Both the position numbers and the translations under genes were made by a program. DNA of 64,000 nucleotides from NCBI GenBank assembly GCA_048013815.1, contig CM106586.1, forward strand, positions 15,128,001 through 15,192,000, given 5' to 3'. The notes under the pieces were generated by a model. That model was not told the DNA's origin. It was given only the letters and a program-made list of their open reading frames with translations, and did no database searches. The DNA is from Setoptus koraiensis. Taxonomy: Eukaryota; Animalia; Arthropoda. This document shows, piece by piece, positions 30,838-44,185 of this stretch. Every line of letters begins with the position of its first letter. Positions within the stretch are counted from its first letter, which is position 1.

Positions 30838-33800
30838 ATGGAATGCAAAGAGTTAAATCTCTCTATTGGTGCAACAACTGTCCGGGATGAGATTACCAAT
30901 CTCGAGACAAGCCCGAAACAAGCATAAGTAATAATAGAAAAGTGTGCAAGATATCTCTCACAACTTATTTATTGTCAACTTTATTATTAGCTAATTGTAT
31001 GCGCAATTGGGCACACAATAGAAGCCTTACATGTTGCCGTTTTTAACCAAAACAGGCTTGATTGGATTGACATTGATTACGTATGTTGTACACACAATTA
31101 TTTTACCTAAATTACCTTCTTGTTCAAAGCACCGACACAAACAATAGCAACAACAGCTACATTGACAGCACCCACAAAACAGAGACACATCTGATGTGTC
31201 AAACCAATGATTTATTATAACCAATGTCTGCGGTTTGTTATTGTGTTGTTGTCAGCACAATTTCCACACTTATACATCTATCTTATGTCTTCTGTACTGC
31301 CGATGACTCATCTCTAGTTTCATATATATCGACAACTCATTTTTGAAACTTCTTTTTCACTAACTAATTAGTTGGTGTCAGTATAAATCCCTGTCAATTA
31401 GCATTCATTAGCATGCTGACACGTCTGGTTGCATAACACTCACGCAAATGAAAGATGTTAAGCTGATTACTGGGATGAACAATATCATATATACGTTGTT
31501 TGTATTTCCTCGACATATAACGAGGCTCGTCGAAAGTTAATTTTTGTTTGTTTGTACTCAGACAAACGTCCTGTTGTCATCAGAGATCATCGCCGATACG
31601 TTTCAAAATCTCCGACTGGAATTTTCCGTCGAGAAACACTCAACCTCGTGATGCAATCTTGTTTTTTTTTTCTTCTAATTATCGCATGATCACAGTAGTG
31701 TGTAGAGTAGTGATCCGTCAATCGTCATGATTTGAGTAGTGAGGCTGCATAGAAATGAAACTACGGCAATCATGAAACTAAATTTGTTTGTCGGCAATTT
31801 TAATTTTGTTTGCCCAAGCAACTTAACATCTCCGAAAAAAGCAGGCTACCGATACGTTTATATTCATGAGATTACATGATAGATTCGCAGAGATAGATTT
31901 ACAAATCTAAGCGATAATTCGATTCTAATTAATCATCAATGCAATTTACAATAATCACAATATAGCTATCATACATGTAATGATACTACGCCTATCTCAG
32001 CGAGACCATCTTGAAGTGGTAACACTCCCACGCGAAAACTAACCACGATCACGTTGTAACAACAATCGGCTCTTTTTTTCATATATATAAATGGTGAAAG
32101 TGTGAAAAAAAGAAGCCAGCAAATTTCGCCCGTATTGGCGGCAGTCACGCCAATTTATAGAGCCGTGATAAATAACGAATTACACCAAGGTATTTGCACG
32201 AAATAAGATTCCTCTTCTCGGGCATGCCCAATGCGATCTACATGTCTAATATTTCTGCCAAGATGGACACTTTGTTTGCTTGTGTTGTATTTAGTGGTTA
32301 CCTTGCAATCCTTAGCGATCGCTAATCTCTCCATCTGAGTGTGGCTAATCGCGTATTCTCGAATCAATCTCAATTTTGGTCTGGCGATGAGACTTAAATG
32401 AATTGGCCTACTGTTTGGTCTTGAATTTTTCAATGTTACAACACGCGAATGTATGTATCGAGATGAACGAGGCAACTGATGAGTTTGGCTCGCTTTAATC
32501 CGGTTCCATCAGCAACAAACTCGATTCGGAATGACAGCGCGCTCACAATACCAGTGCTCAGAATAACAGTGGGACGAGAAGCTATTCCATTAAAATATCG
32601 ATGATCTGAGAGGCCAATGGCGAGCGAAATTACTGCATGCCATTGAATTCTTTTCATCTCGAATTACTTATATGATATGAGTTATATCGGCACTATTTAT
32701 GCTGAGCACTCGTCCGAATTGCATTTAGGATCTTGGCAGCGCGACAGAGGGCGCGTAACTGTTGGGCTGTTTGTTTTGTCAGTTGACTTTCATCGATCCC
32801 TACGAATTCATTTATCCCTGAAAATTCATCGATCCCCGAAAATCTATCGATCCCTGAAAATTCATCTATCGCATGAGGAGTAGAGAGGATTCATGGGAAG
32901 CGAGGTTTCTCGGAGGAAGCCGTTCATCGAGTCGACGAGATACCATTTCGGCTGGACATTCCTGTTCGGCTAGACACTCCTGTCGAAGCGCATGCCGACT
33001 GCAATTGAGGCAAATCGTACAGAGACTATGCAAAAATGTGCAACTGTCACTTGGCATTATTTACCGGTAAATTTGCCAACGCAGTCCAATCGTGACTGGA
33101 CCACCTTTGCTGCAGGTGACGGTAGTGACGTAATGCATTCCTGCTCATTATTGTGTAACTGTTTGTACACTTGCTGTTGTGTCTGTCGTATGTTGTTGTT
33201 GTTGTTGCCTTACAACTTAGGCTGGCCTGCTCATTGTTCGGCTGGTTTGTTTATTGAAGCGCAAACGTATGTTTGTCGTTGTTGTTGTCGTTGTTGTTGT
33301 CGTTGTTGTCGTTGTTGTTGTCGTTGTTGTCGTTGTTGTTGTCGTTGTTGTCGTTGTTGTTGTCGTTGTTGTGAATAAGTCTGTCGTTGTTTCTATAATT
33401 AAACCGTTATTATTAATATGCCGAGCACAGCTGATAAATGCAATCAGTGGGCGATTCGTTTCGTCGCGATGGTCGCCCGGTGCGCATAAAATACAGACTG
33501 TATTATACAGTGCTAATGATCAAACAGTCAAATAGTGTGGCCAGACATTGAATTACGTAATGAGCAGTAGTGTGTCGTTTTCCTATCTCGCTGACAATAA
33601 CATGACAATAACAAGTGTACATTGTCAGTCGGTTAGCTTGCCTTGATTTTGGCTGGAGATAATTGAAAAGATGAAGAATAGGAAACAGCGCCAACAACAA
33701 CAACAATCTATTCTTGGTACAACAACAATAACTGGCTTGCCTGACAAGTGTTCGTTTATGTTGTGCGACAACAACGACAGCGACAACAACGACAGCGACA

Positions 33801-36800
33801 ACAGCGACAGCGACAACAACGACAGCGACGACTGCGACAACAGCGACATCGACAACAAGGAATTGGCAACAATGGGGAATAGATCGAGGGTTACAGTGCG
33901 AAGAAGTGAGAAGAGGTGAGAAGAAGCGGCCCAAATTAGCAGCAGATGTTACGCAATCTATTATTAACTTGGCTGCGCTCTCATCAGCGCCTCGCATTAA
34001 ATACAATGGGCACCTGTTGCTGGTTTTGTGTGTGTGTGTGTGTGTGTTAACACGATAGGGTGGCCTCCATCAGTTGACATTGATAGCCTGGCAAAGTTAA
34101 GCTGACAGCCGCGGACAAAAAGAGTAACTAATGATTTAGTGTCATTGTCTTGTTGCACACTCTGGCTGTCAGTGTCAGCGCGCTTTGTTTGCCCATTCAT
34201 CGCCGGCTACTATTATTACTATTATTATTATAATTATTTTTATCGCGTAATGCAAGACACTGTGTTATTATTGTTGCATGTGTACGCTCATTACGTAAGT
34301 TGTGAGTGATTTAAATTGCAGCACAATCTCTGGCCATCGCCATGGCCCAATACTATTGAGCCAATAGGCAGTGTTTGCGCGATTTCTGTATCGCGCTCTC
34401 GTATAACCGGCCATCGGTTGTCTAACCGGCGATCGGTTGGCAATTGCCAATTGATCAAACAGCAAACATTGGCTCAAACTCGAACGGATTATAGACTCGG
34501 ATAACGGGGCCGTTTACGCGATCATAAATTGATAAATCGTGTTTGCGCCAGCCAACTTTTAATCAGACCGTTTTACTATTTTAACTATTTCAATCGGAGC
34601 CCATTGAGCTGACAAACGAAGGCGAGCGTTGCAGCCGATGCGAGCTGGCCGCGTTCGGACCGGCCGGCGCTCGCGTATTCGATGGCGATTGATTATTTTA
34701 TGGTGGTGATTTTCGAGAGACACAACAACAGCAACAGCAACGACAACAGCAACAACAACAGCGGCAACAACAACGGCAACAACAACGGCAACAACAACAG
34801 CGGCAACAACAGCAACAGCGACAACAACAGCGGCAACAACAATATCTTTCCATCTCGTTTATGCAATGCAGCCACAAGTGCAGCCAGATGAGCGACTATG
34901 GACAGTGGATAGTTAAAGCGTTCACAATTTATAGTTGCGCAATACACATACTAATTACCTGTTTGATGATTACACTTTTACGTCAGTTGGTAATCATAAC
35001 GGTGTAACGTTATGAGAGATTGACGTATTGAATTGACGCAATGGGCAAGCCATTGGCAGTGGCCAACGTGCATGGCATGGCACGGCATTAGTCTAATTGA
35101 TTACGACAGTAGTATTGTTGTAATGGCCAGATTTAGTGCCGAGCCGCCTTTTGTTGGCCGTAGCTCGTTGCTGGTCGCTCGTTGCCCGTCGCCCGTCGAG
35201 CCAACAGCGTGTCGGTCGTTCGGCCACCGGCGACACCGTTAGCCTCATGCCTATTAACTGCCTCTAGGCCGTTTGCTATTACATAATAATAATAATAATA
35301 ACTGTGATATTTTATTGTTGTTGTTGTTGTTGTTCCTCGCAGTCTTGTCTTGTCTCTCAGTCTGCGCAGTCTGCGCGGTCTGTCCAACGGCCGGCCAGCC
35401 ACACACAGAAGGGTTCGTTATGCCACCTTGAGATTTGCCAAGCCGAGATTTGCCGAGCTGAGATTTGCCGAGCCGAGATTTGCCGAGCTCGCTGGCTGGC
35501 TCAGCGAGCTCGCGGGCTTGCGATTCAACAATCGACTCAGGCGGCCGCCAATGCGACAGCGCCAAGCAACAAGCCGCCGATAGTCGCTTATTTAAGACTT
35601 TTTATTTAAGGCTTTTTATCCGTTGAGCGCCAGCTTGGCCAGCCAGTTTTATCTGGCCCATTAAAAGCCAGCCAGGGATAACGCAGTCGCGTATCATATT
35701 CGCGCTCACTTGGCTGGCTGGCCATTTTGGCGCGCCCCGAGCCCACAAAATAAAGCCCATAAAGTGTCGGAAATGGAAGCAACACGAACGGCTGGCTGGC
35801 GCTGCTGCATGCAAATCTCCTCGCGCCACAACTGCCGCCAGAAATACCTCGATATACCTGTTGTTGCCGTTGTGGTGGTTATTGTTGTTGTTGGCGGCGC
35901 TGCTGTCGCTGCTGTCGGTGTGGTTGTTGCGGTTGCCGCTGTCGGTGGTGCAAGCCAGCGGCGTGTCTAATTTAGGATATTCTCAAATTGAGACATTCGC
36001 AAATTGAGATATTATCCCAAGACTGATGGCACTACAGCGACGTGAGCGATAGTGAGCCGATACGCGAGAGCCCGCTCAGGCGCGCGCAGACCCGCGGAGA
36101 GAGCCGCCAAGAGTGGCGACGGAAAACAATGAATTGCTGGCAAGCGCCTCTTTCAATGTCAATCATCTCGCATTGTTCAATAAAATAAGAGTTAAAATAA
36201 AATTGATAAAATAAGATAATCATCGCCATTATTCACTAGATTATAATGCTCGCATGTGGCCGAAAAGCATTGCCTAGCCGCACGGCGAGCGAACGAGCCG
36301 GCGCGCCGGCGCGCCGAAACGACAAACAACCAAAGTGGGCCCCAGCGTGCTCGCTAATCGAACGCACATTCCCGCATATTTCGCTAATCGAACGCATATA
36401 TTTCGCTAATTCCATATTTCGCGTTGTGCCATGCGCGCAGGTAATATCCGTTTCGTCACTCACAGTTGTCAGTCGGCCGTCACATGCCGTCAGTGTGCGG
36501 CGGCGAGGCCAGATAATTGAATTTGTTTCGGCGCCATGACTCATCGCGGCTGGCGTTTTTGGCGCCGATTGCCAGCGAGCCACAGCCACCATTTCGAGGC
36601 CGACACGCCAGCCAAAAGAAGCCAAAGTCACCTGTGAATGATATGTGATAATTTCCAGTTTGCACATCATCTTTTCGCACAAGATGTAATATCTTTTTCT
36701 TTTTCTCTCGTCTGCATGCTATCGCGTCTAGACTGCAATGGGCTTTTTTGCGAGCGTTATCGGCACTCGCGAGCAGCAGCATGCATTTTGCGTTTGGCCG

Positions 36801-39800
36801 GCTCGCTAATTATTCAGTTGCGCTGTCGCGAAAATGAATCAACATTTGTCTTGTTGTTTTCATCGACTTTCCGAACAGAATTGGCAGCGCCACAAACCGA
36901 CTAATCAATTATACAAGCTTGCTCGTTATCCATGCTGATTAATAATGTTGATAGGCGCAAAAGCCGATAACCGACAGCGCTTAGTGAACTTGAATCCTTG
37001 CAGTGGGAATCGTTCCAAAGGGAATCGTTCCAAAGGGAATCGTTCCAAGAGAAATCGTTCGCCTGTCGCCCGTTGTGACTCACCTGTTTTCAATTTGGAT
37101 TCTGGTGGCGCTCGAGACGGCCGATCAATGGCGATGGGAGCCATAAATAACAACAATTTCTCCTCTTTCAACTCTCCGTCTCGCAGTCGGCAGACAAGTG
37201 GCTGCCTGAAAGATTTACCTGTCGTTGTTGTTGTTGTTGTCGCTGTCGTTGTTGTTGTCGTTGTTTCTGCGATGACTCATTGCGTTTTATTGTTGTTGTT
37301 GTTGTGGGACGACACACTCGACAACGACACACACACACACAGGCAATTAATGACCGATACTGTGTCGTCATGGAGACGCCGATAAAAGTAATCGGAATAG
37401 AGATAAAAATGCACGCCACCGAGAGATATTATGCCAGCCGACGGCGTAATAATTAGATGCAACAGCCAGCCGGTCATGTAATCAAGATGCCTATTGATCT
37501 ACTCGTGAACAATGGAGCTTTTCTTGCAAAATCACTGCAATCGCGCGCTCGCGACAACGGGCGCCGGGACCTTGAAATTGTTAATTGAACCACAACAGAG
37601 CTCGCACTCACGCACACACGTAAAGCCAACTAGCGATGATGACGAGCTACAAAAAAGCCAATTCTGTTTGTCGTTGTCGTTGTTGTCGTTGCTGGTGTTG
37701 TCGTTGTTGTCGTTGCTGGTGTTGTCGTTGTTGCTGTTGCGACGACGGCGACGACGACGACGTTGACAAGATTCAATAAAATGGAAGCTCGAAATAACTG
37801 TTGCGCTTGTTGCAGCGCTCAACGTCGTTGCCTAGACCTTTGATTTTAGATTTGCGACAGGTAATCGGTGCTTGCACAGCCGCTCGCCAGAAGTAATTTT
37901 TGTCTCTCTGTTTGTTTGTTGGTTTTGGCTCGGTGGTTGCGACAGTGAGCGAGCAAAGTCAACAATGCTCATCTACTGCTCACAAGATTGTCAGTTGTCA
38001 GTTGCCAGTTGCCAGTTGGCTTAGCCAGCAAATTGAATGACTCCAATAATGGCAGGCAATCAGCACAGTCATTAGTGTATCACTAAATTTGTCCCTTGTC
38101 TTGTCTTGTTTATTTACGCCGGCAGCACTAAAAACAACACGGCAACAACAACGACACCAACAGCAACGACAACAACATCAACAACATCAACAACATCAAC
38201 AACGACAACGACAGCAACAACAACAACGACAGCAACAACGACAGCAACAGCGACGACAACAGCAGCTAACAATAGATCGCCGGCAAAAGTCAATGGGCGC
38301 GTCATTGACTTTCTAATCGACTCTCTCTAATCGAGCGCCTTCTTTCCGAATGGCAGCGCCAATATCGCACACACTTAATTCAATATAACAATTCGGTCTA
38401 GCCAACGGCGACTATTAGTCGCTGCTGGTAAACTGTTACTGTGGTTGACTTCCTATTTCGGTCAACCTTGCCTTGTCGTTGTTGCTGTCGTTGTTGTTGC
38501 TGTCGTTGTTGTTGCTGTTGTCGTTGTTGTTGCTGTTGTTGTTGTCGTTGTTGTTGCGGTTGTTGTTGTTGTCGTTGTTGCTGTTGTTGCTGTTGTTGCT
38601 GTTGCCGTGGTTGCTGTGGATAAACAGCGTGAGCCATGAATCAAGGCTCGCTAATAAGCGATTCAGCCGAGTTCCTTGTTCCTTATCTATCATGCATTGA
38701 GTGCATGCTCTTGATATTGTTGCTGTAAACACATTACACCTGTCGCTCGCTGCTGATAATCTCGTCCGCTCGCCTGTTGATGCCGACGAAGTATTGGCAC
38801 TGACAGCAACAACAACAACAACAAAAACAACAAAAACAACATCAACAGCAACAACATATGGCCAGCCTCATAAACAAGTCACTCACCATGAATTTCAGCC
38901 CATTATAGACCAGCTCTAACTCATCATCATCATCATCGTCATTATAGTTGCAACCAATGGCATCTTACGTCACACTGTCGCTGCTTCTCGGCGAAATTGA
39001 AATTGTTGTGAGTGAAATTGTTCGTCTGCCTGCCCAATGTTAAAACAAAAATCTATGTCAACACACTTACGCAGACAGTGAAATAGATAAACTGACTTGA
39101 TCACGATAAACGGCAGATGATTAACGCGCATTAATTGTTAATTATTTATCTTTAGCTGAATCTCGATTTCTAAATGCAATTCGCCGAGCGAATTGATTGT
39201 GGCTCGACACAATTTGCGAGCTGCCGGCCACTTCCTGCAGACGATGCTGGCCGCTGGCTCGATTCGCCGTGCCGCCGTCATGCTGCGAATGCCGTTTGCC
39301 AATTCAATCAATTAGCCGCCGCTCGGACGGCCGCTCGGTCGCTCGGTCGGCGGAACATGAGCTCGAATAGATACTCGAACAGTATGAGAATACAAAATAT
39401 CGCCTGATCCGTTATCCGTTCGATTGGATTGATTGTTGCGACTGCGATTGGCGCCATTGCGACGAGCGCCTCGCTGTGACGAGCGTCTGATTGCGACGAG
39501 CGCCTCGTTGTGACAGGCGTAATCCGACGATAATTGTCGCAATGGCTCCGGTCCGATCGCGTCCGATCACAAGATCAGTCGCCCGTCCAACTGCGATCGC
39601 CCGATCAATCGCGATCAATCGCGACCAATTAGCAAGCGCCTGTCCGACGCGCCCGAGACAAATCGACACTGACACTCGGGCCGGCCAGCCGCCGGCCAGC
39701 GGCCCTTCGGCCGGCCAATATCCAAAAAGCCAAATGGGGACCCGCTCGTCACAAGCGAACGCGATGGCCGGCTCAACAATTGCGTGTCTCGCGATAGTTA

Positions 39801-40990
39801 GCGGCGCAACAATAATATCATCTCGCCATTAGCTGGTCACTGGGCAAAACTAATTGCCGGACCGACTGTCGCTGAGACCGGCCATTGTTGTCGGTTGTGC
39901 GGCGGCCGCTGTCGGTGTTACGGCGGCCGCTGTCGGTGTTACGGCGGCCGCTGTCGGTATTATCGCGGCCGGACTTGTTTATTATTTGTCTTTATCTCGT
40001 CCAACTGCAGACCGAACGGATAAATGGTATCTGTCTGTCCGTGTATCTGGCCAGCGATCAATCGTAAAACGGCCGCCTGAAACAACGACAGCCGGCTAAC
40101 TGAGCTCTAACTGGTCCATCTGCACCTCTGCACATCATGTATTATGTATTCTTTTTGGCTTCTTTTATTCGGTTCGTTCGCGTTCAAATCGCATATTCGC
40201 ATACATATTCTCATGTCTATTCGCATGTCTATTCGCATATATGAAGCCCGTTGTGTTTGCCGTAAACAGAGAGCGAGCGCTTGCCATTTCCATTGATGAT
40301 CTTTTCTTTTCTTCTCTTTTTATACAAGTTTGTATATGTAATTATTTGGTTAGCCAAGGTACGGCGCTCGGGTACTGGCCATACGGCGGCCGTCGATGCC
40401 AGTGGCTCATTTTGCGCGTTGTTATCATTGCCATTATAAACTATATAAACTGGCCAGTATGACGGCTAATGGTCGCTGTAATGGTCAGTTTGATGCCCGT
40501 CGGTCGGTTTGCACGTCTTCTCGTTCGTCTTCTTCTCCTTTCGACGCGCTCGCTCTCACTGCCCGGCTCTCACTGCCCGGCTCTCAATGCCCGACTCGCA
40601 ACGGCCGACTCGCAACGGCCGACTCGCAACGGCCGACTCGCAATGGCCGACACAGTCGCAACGCTGTAAACTATTTGTAGGCCAGTTTGGCCAGTTAGTG
40701 GTCATTTTGCCATTCAACGACCGCCGGCCACTTGTCTGGCCTCGGCCAGACAACAAGTGCTAGTAGGTGGCTAGACAAGTGCAAATTGATCCGCACTTTG
40801 GCCAATTGCGTAACAGTGGCCGCTGTAACCAGTTTGAAAGGGCAACAGACAGCCAGCGACAGTGATACAAAGCCAACAACAGCAACAACAACGCCAACCA
40901 CCACGACGCCAGCGCCAGCGACGGGCTCAGCCGGATCAAGTTTGAAGCGAAAGTTGTTATCTCGGCCCGCTCGGCTCATCCCGCCGCCTC

Positions 40991-41152
40991 GATTCGCGGC
41001 CCGATTCTCGGGCAGATTCGCGGCCCGATTCTCGGGCAGATTCGCGGCCCGATTCTCGGGCAGATTCGCGGCCCGATTCTCGGGCAGATTCGCGGCCCGA
41101 TTCTCGGGCAGATTCGCGGCCCGATTCTCGGGCGGATTCGCGGCTCGATTTT
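40991..41152. repeat. 24-bp minisatellite (GATTCGCGGCCCGATTCTCGGGCA) x6 plus a partial copy
   Basis: Five identical units, a sixth with one change, then a degenerate partial unit. No spacers. Confidence 0.92.
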
Positions 41153-44100
41153 TGGAAGAATTCACGGCTCCGCCGCGCTCATGACTTATACTGTATAGGA
41201 CTGTACAAGGTATACATGTGACTCATGACAAAGTGGGCGCCGTTTTGTCTGACCGACGCACGGTACGGTACACGCCGGTACGCTGGTCGTATGTGTATTC
41301 ACTCATGAATACTCATGTATATCCGATACATGGTCAACATGTACCCGATACTGTCAGTATGTACTCGATATACCGACAGTCGGCCGTGCATATACTATAT
41401 GGAATATAGTCGGCCAAGAGTCGCAAGCATTATGCTAACCTGATATGATTCAATTGAATTCTCATTTCGCGACTGCCGCTCGCCGGCCGGACTATCCGTC
41501 GGAGAACCAGTTAGCGGTCTCGCCCTCGAGCATGACTTGCATTAGTTAGCGAGGATGCTGTCGGTGTCGCTGTTGTTGTTGCTTTTGCTGGCGTCGTTGG
41601 CGTTGTTGTTGGTGTCGTCGTTGTCGCTGTTGCCGTGGTCGTCGTCGTTGTTGTTGTCGTTGTTGTCGTTGTTGGCGCTGTTGTTGTTGTTGGCTGGCCG
41701 GCCGGCCGGCCGCCGACGAACAGCGAGCTGCAAAGCTCAGCGAAACACGCCAGCGTTCGCTAGCAGCCCACAGCGACAACAACCACAACAGGCGCCGTTG
41801 TTCTAATCGGCGTAGGACCATTGTCGCTGTTGTTGTTGTTGTCGACACAAAAGATAATTGGCATCTTGGCCAGACCGGCCTGCCAGTGTGCAAGTGTGCG
41901 AGCCTATGCGACGGCGCTCATTGCCCAAGCGGCGCCGCTAATATTAGTTATTATTATTATTTAACTAAAGTTTGTTAATTTGTTCTTCGCCGTCGCCGTC
42001 GTCGTCGTCGTCGCTGTTGAGAAACAACGACACGACACACAGGCAACACCGACAACAGCGCCGACAACAAGAGTAAGCGGCAAAGTGGGCAAGTGAAGAA
42101 GGTGCGATCACTTGAAAAGAAGGCGAAGGTTGACTCTTGTTGGCTCACTCTTGATACCAACAAATATCCAATATCTAATCTTTCGCTCGCCTTAACTTTC
42201 GCTTGTGTCGCTGTTGTCGTTGCCGTCGCCGTCGCTGTTGTTGCTGTTGTCGGTGCTAATGTTGCTGTTGTTGCTGTTGTTGCTGTTGCTGTTGTTGCTG
42301 TTGTTGCTGTTGTTGCTGTTGTTGCACTTCTCTGGCTCGCTCTGGCTGCTGTCGCACTTCCATGGCTCGCTCTGCTGTTGGCTTTGTTGCTCAAGAGTAA
42401 TATCCAATATTGCCAATGCAATCAAAATTCCAACTATCCAATCAAGTAAACAAGGTGAGCTAGCTTAGCGTCGGCCAGCCAGCCAGTGGGTCTGTCAGTC
42501 GAGCTGCTCGGCTGCTCGGCTTGTCGGCCGCTCGCTCGGCTCGGCTGGCTCGGCCGGCGTGCGTTTCGCAAGACCCGCCCTGCCGTCGGTCCGTTTAGCT
42601 CGGCTCACCCGTCTGAGCCAGCGGCGAGCCGTGTCTATTTCATCGTTGTCGGTTGTCGGCTGAGACGCTGTTGGCTGAGATTTTGTTTGCTGAGACGCTG
42701 TTGCTGTAGCCTTAGATGTTGTTGTTGTTGTTGCCTTAGATGTTGTTGTTGTTGGCTGAGATGTTGTTGCCGTAGATGTTGCTGGCTGCGATGGCCCGCC
42801 AGCGCCAGCAACAAACCGGCGGGAGTGAACAATTCGGGCTGCTTTGATATTCATAGGTGGATAGCAGCGGCGACAGCCAGCAATGGATTGCGATTTGCTT
42901 TCGAATGGTTCGCAAGGGTTCGCAGGGTTCGCAGGGCTCGCAACGTTCGCAATGGCTCGCAATGTTCGCAATATTCGCAATGGTTCGCAATGGAACCAAT
43001 TTAACGCTGACAATATCGAGAGCGAGACACGTACAACAGCAACAACAGCAACAACAACAACAACGGCAACAGGTTGTACGAGCGACTTTGTTTATTGGCG
43101 CTCGGCTAGCTCGCCGTCGGCCGTCCAATCTGCGCAAGCTGCACACTCAACCGACTGCACAAACACTGAGCCAGCCAACCATTGGCAAGCTAGTTAGCTA
43201 GACAGCGAGTGCCTTCCTTCCTTTGTTGTTACCCCCGCTCGCTCGTCTAGCGACCCCTAACTCGCTTGATCACCTTGATGTCTCTCACTTTCGCTGGCTG
43301 ACTGGCTGGCTGGCTGGCTCCGTCTCTCTGTTTCTCTGTTTATCTCGGTCTGTAATGCACACCAGAGATCGCTAGTAGTATCATGTGTCGTCGTATTATT
43401 TCATCAACGTGCCACTGATGATCCGTTCCACTCATGATACGCGCGCCACATCCACGCAACGACACACACACACACTCACACAAAGGGAGACACCAAGACA
43501 CGAAGGGGAGCGAAAGGGAGACTCGCAAGCTGTGATCAAGATGCCAGCGAGCATCACCATGTATTGTCGCACAACATTGACGCAACAACAGCAACCACAA
43601 CAACGACAACACCAACAACAACAGCAACAGCAACCACAATCTTACACGTAGTCAATAGTAATTACATCAGTCGGCAACGCGCGCTGGCATCATATCATTA
43701 GCGGCCTGTTGCGCCATCGCGTCGACTGCGCAAGCCAATAGCTAGCAAATTCATCGATAAATACTAGCCAAGTTCATCAATAAATGCCAAGTTATCATTG
43801 TTGGTCGTGTCAGTCGTGCTCACATCGTGCATCGGTTATCTAGTTAAATTATTATTATTATTATTGTCGCCTCGAAACAACGATCGTGCTCCAATGCGTG
43901 CCATGCAATATGCAAATCATATTTTGAGTCGTCAGTTCGCAGCCCGTGCTCAGTCCGGCCAGTCGCGCCAGCAGTGAAATAGTGCGAACACAGCAGCAGA
44001 CGCAACCACAACAACAGCAACGACAACAACAGCGAAAACAAATACAACAACAACAACAACAGAAACAACAACAAATCCAACGACAACAACAACAACAACA

Positions 44101-44185
44101 AGTACAACGACAACAAATCACAGGTTGTTAGCAAGTGGTGCACACATCATCGACAATCAGCGACAGAGCCAACTCGTCGGCCATC

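Noticed and set aside
32155-33057. Cluster of minus-strand ORFs (106, 73 and 63 aa)
   Set aside because: No homology recognised and no phase-consistent splice chain.
40991-41152. CRISPR-like 24-bp palindromic repeat
   Set aside because: Units are head-to-tail with no spacers, there are no cas genes, and the context is eukaryotic.
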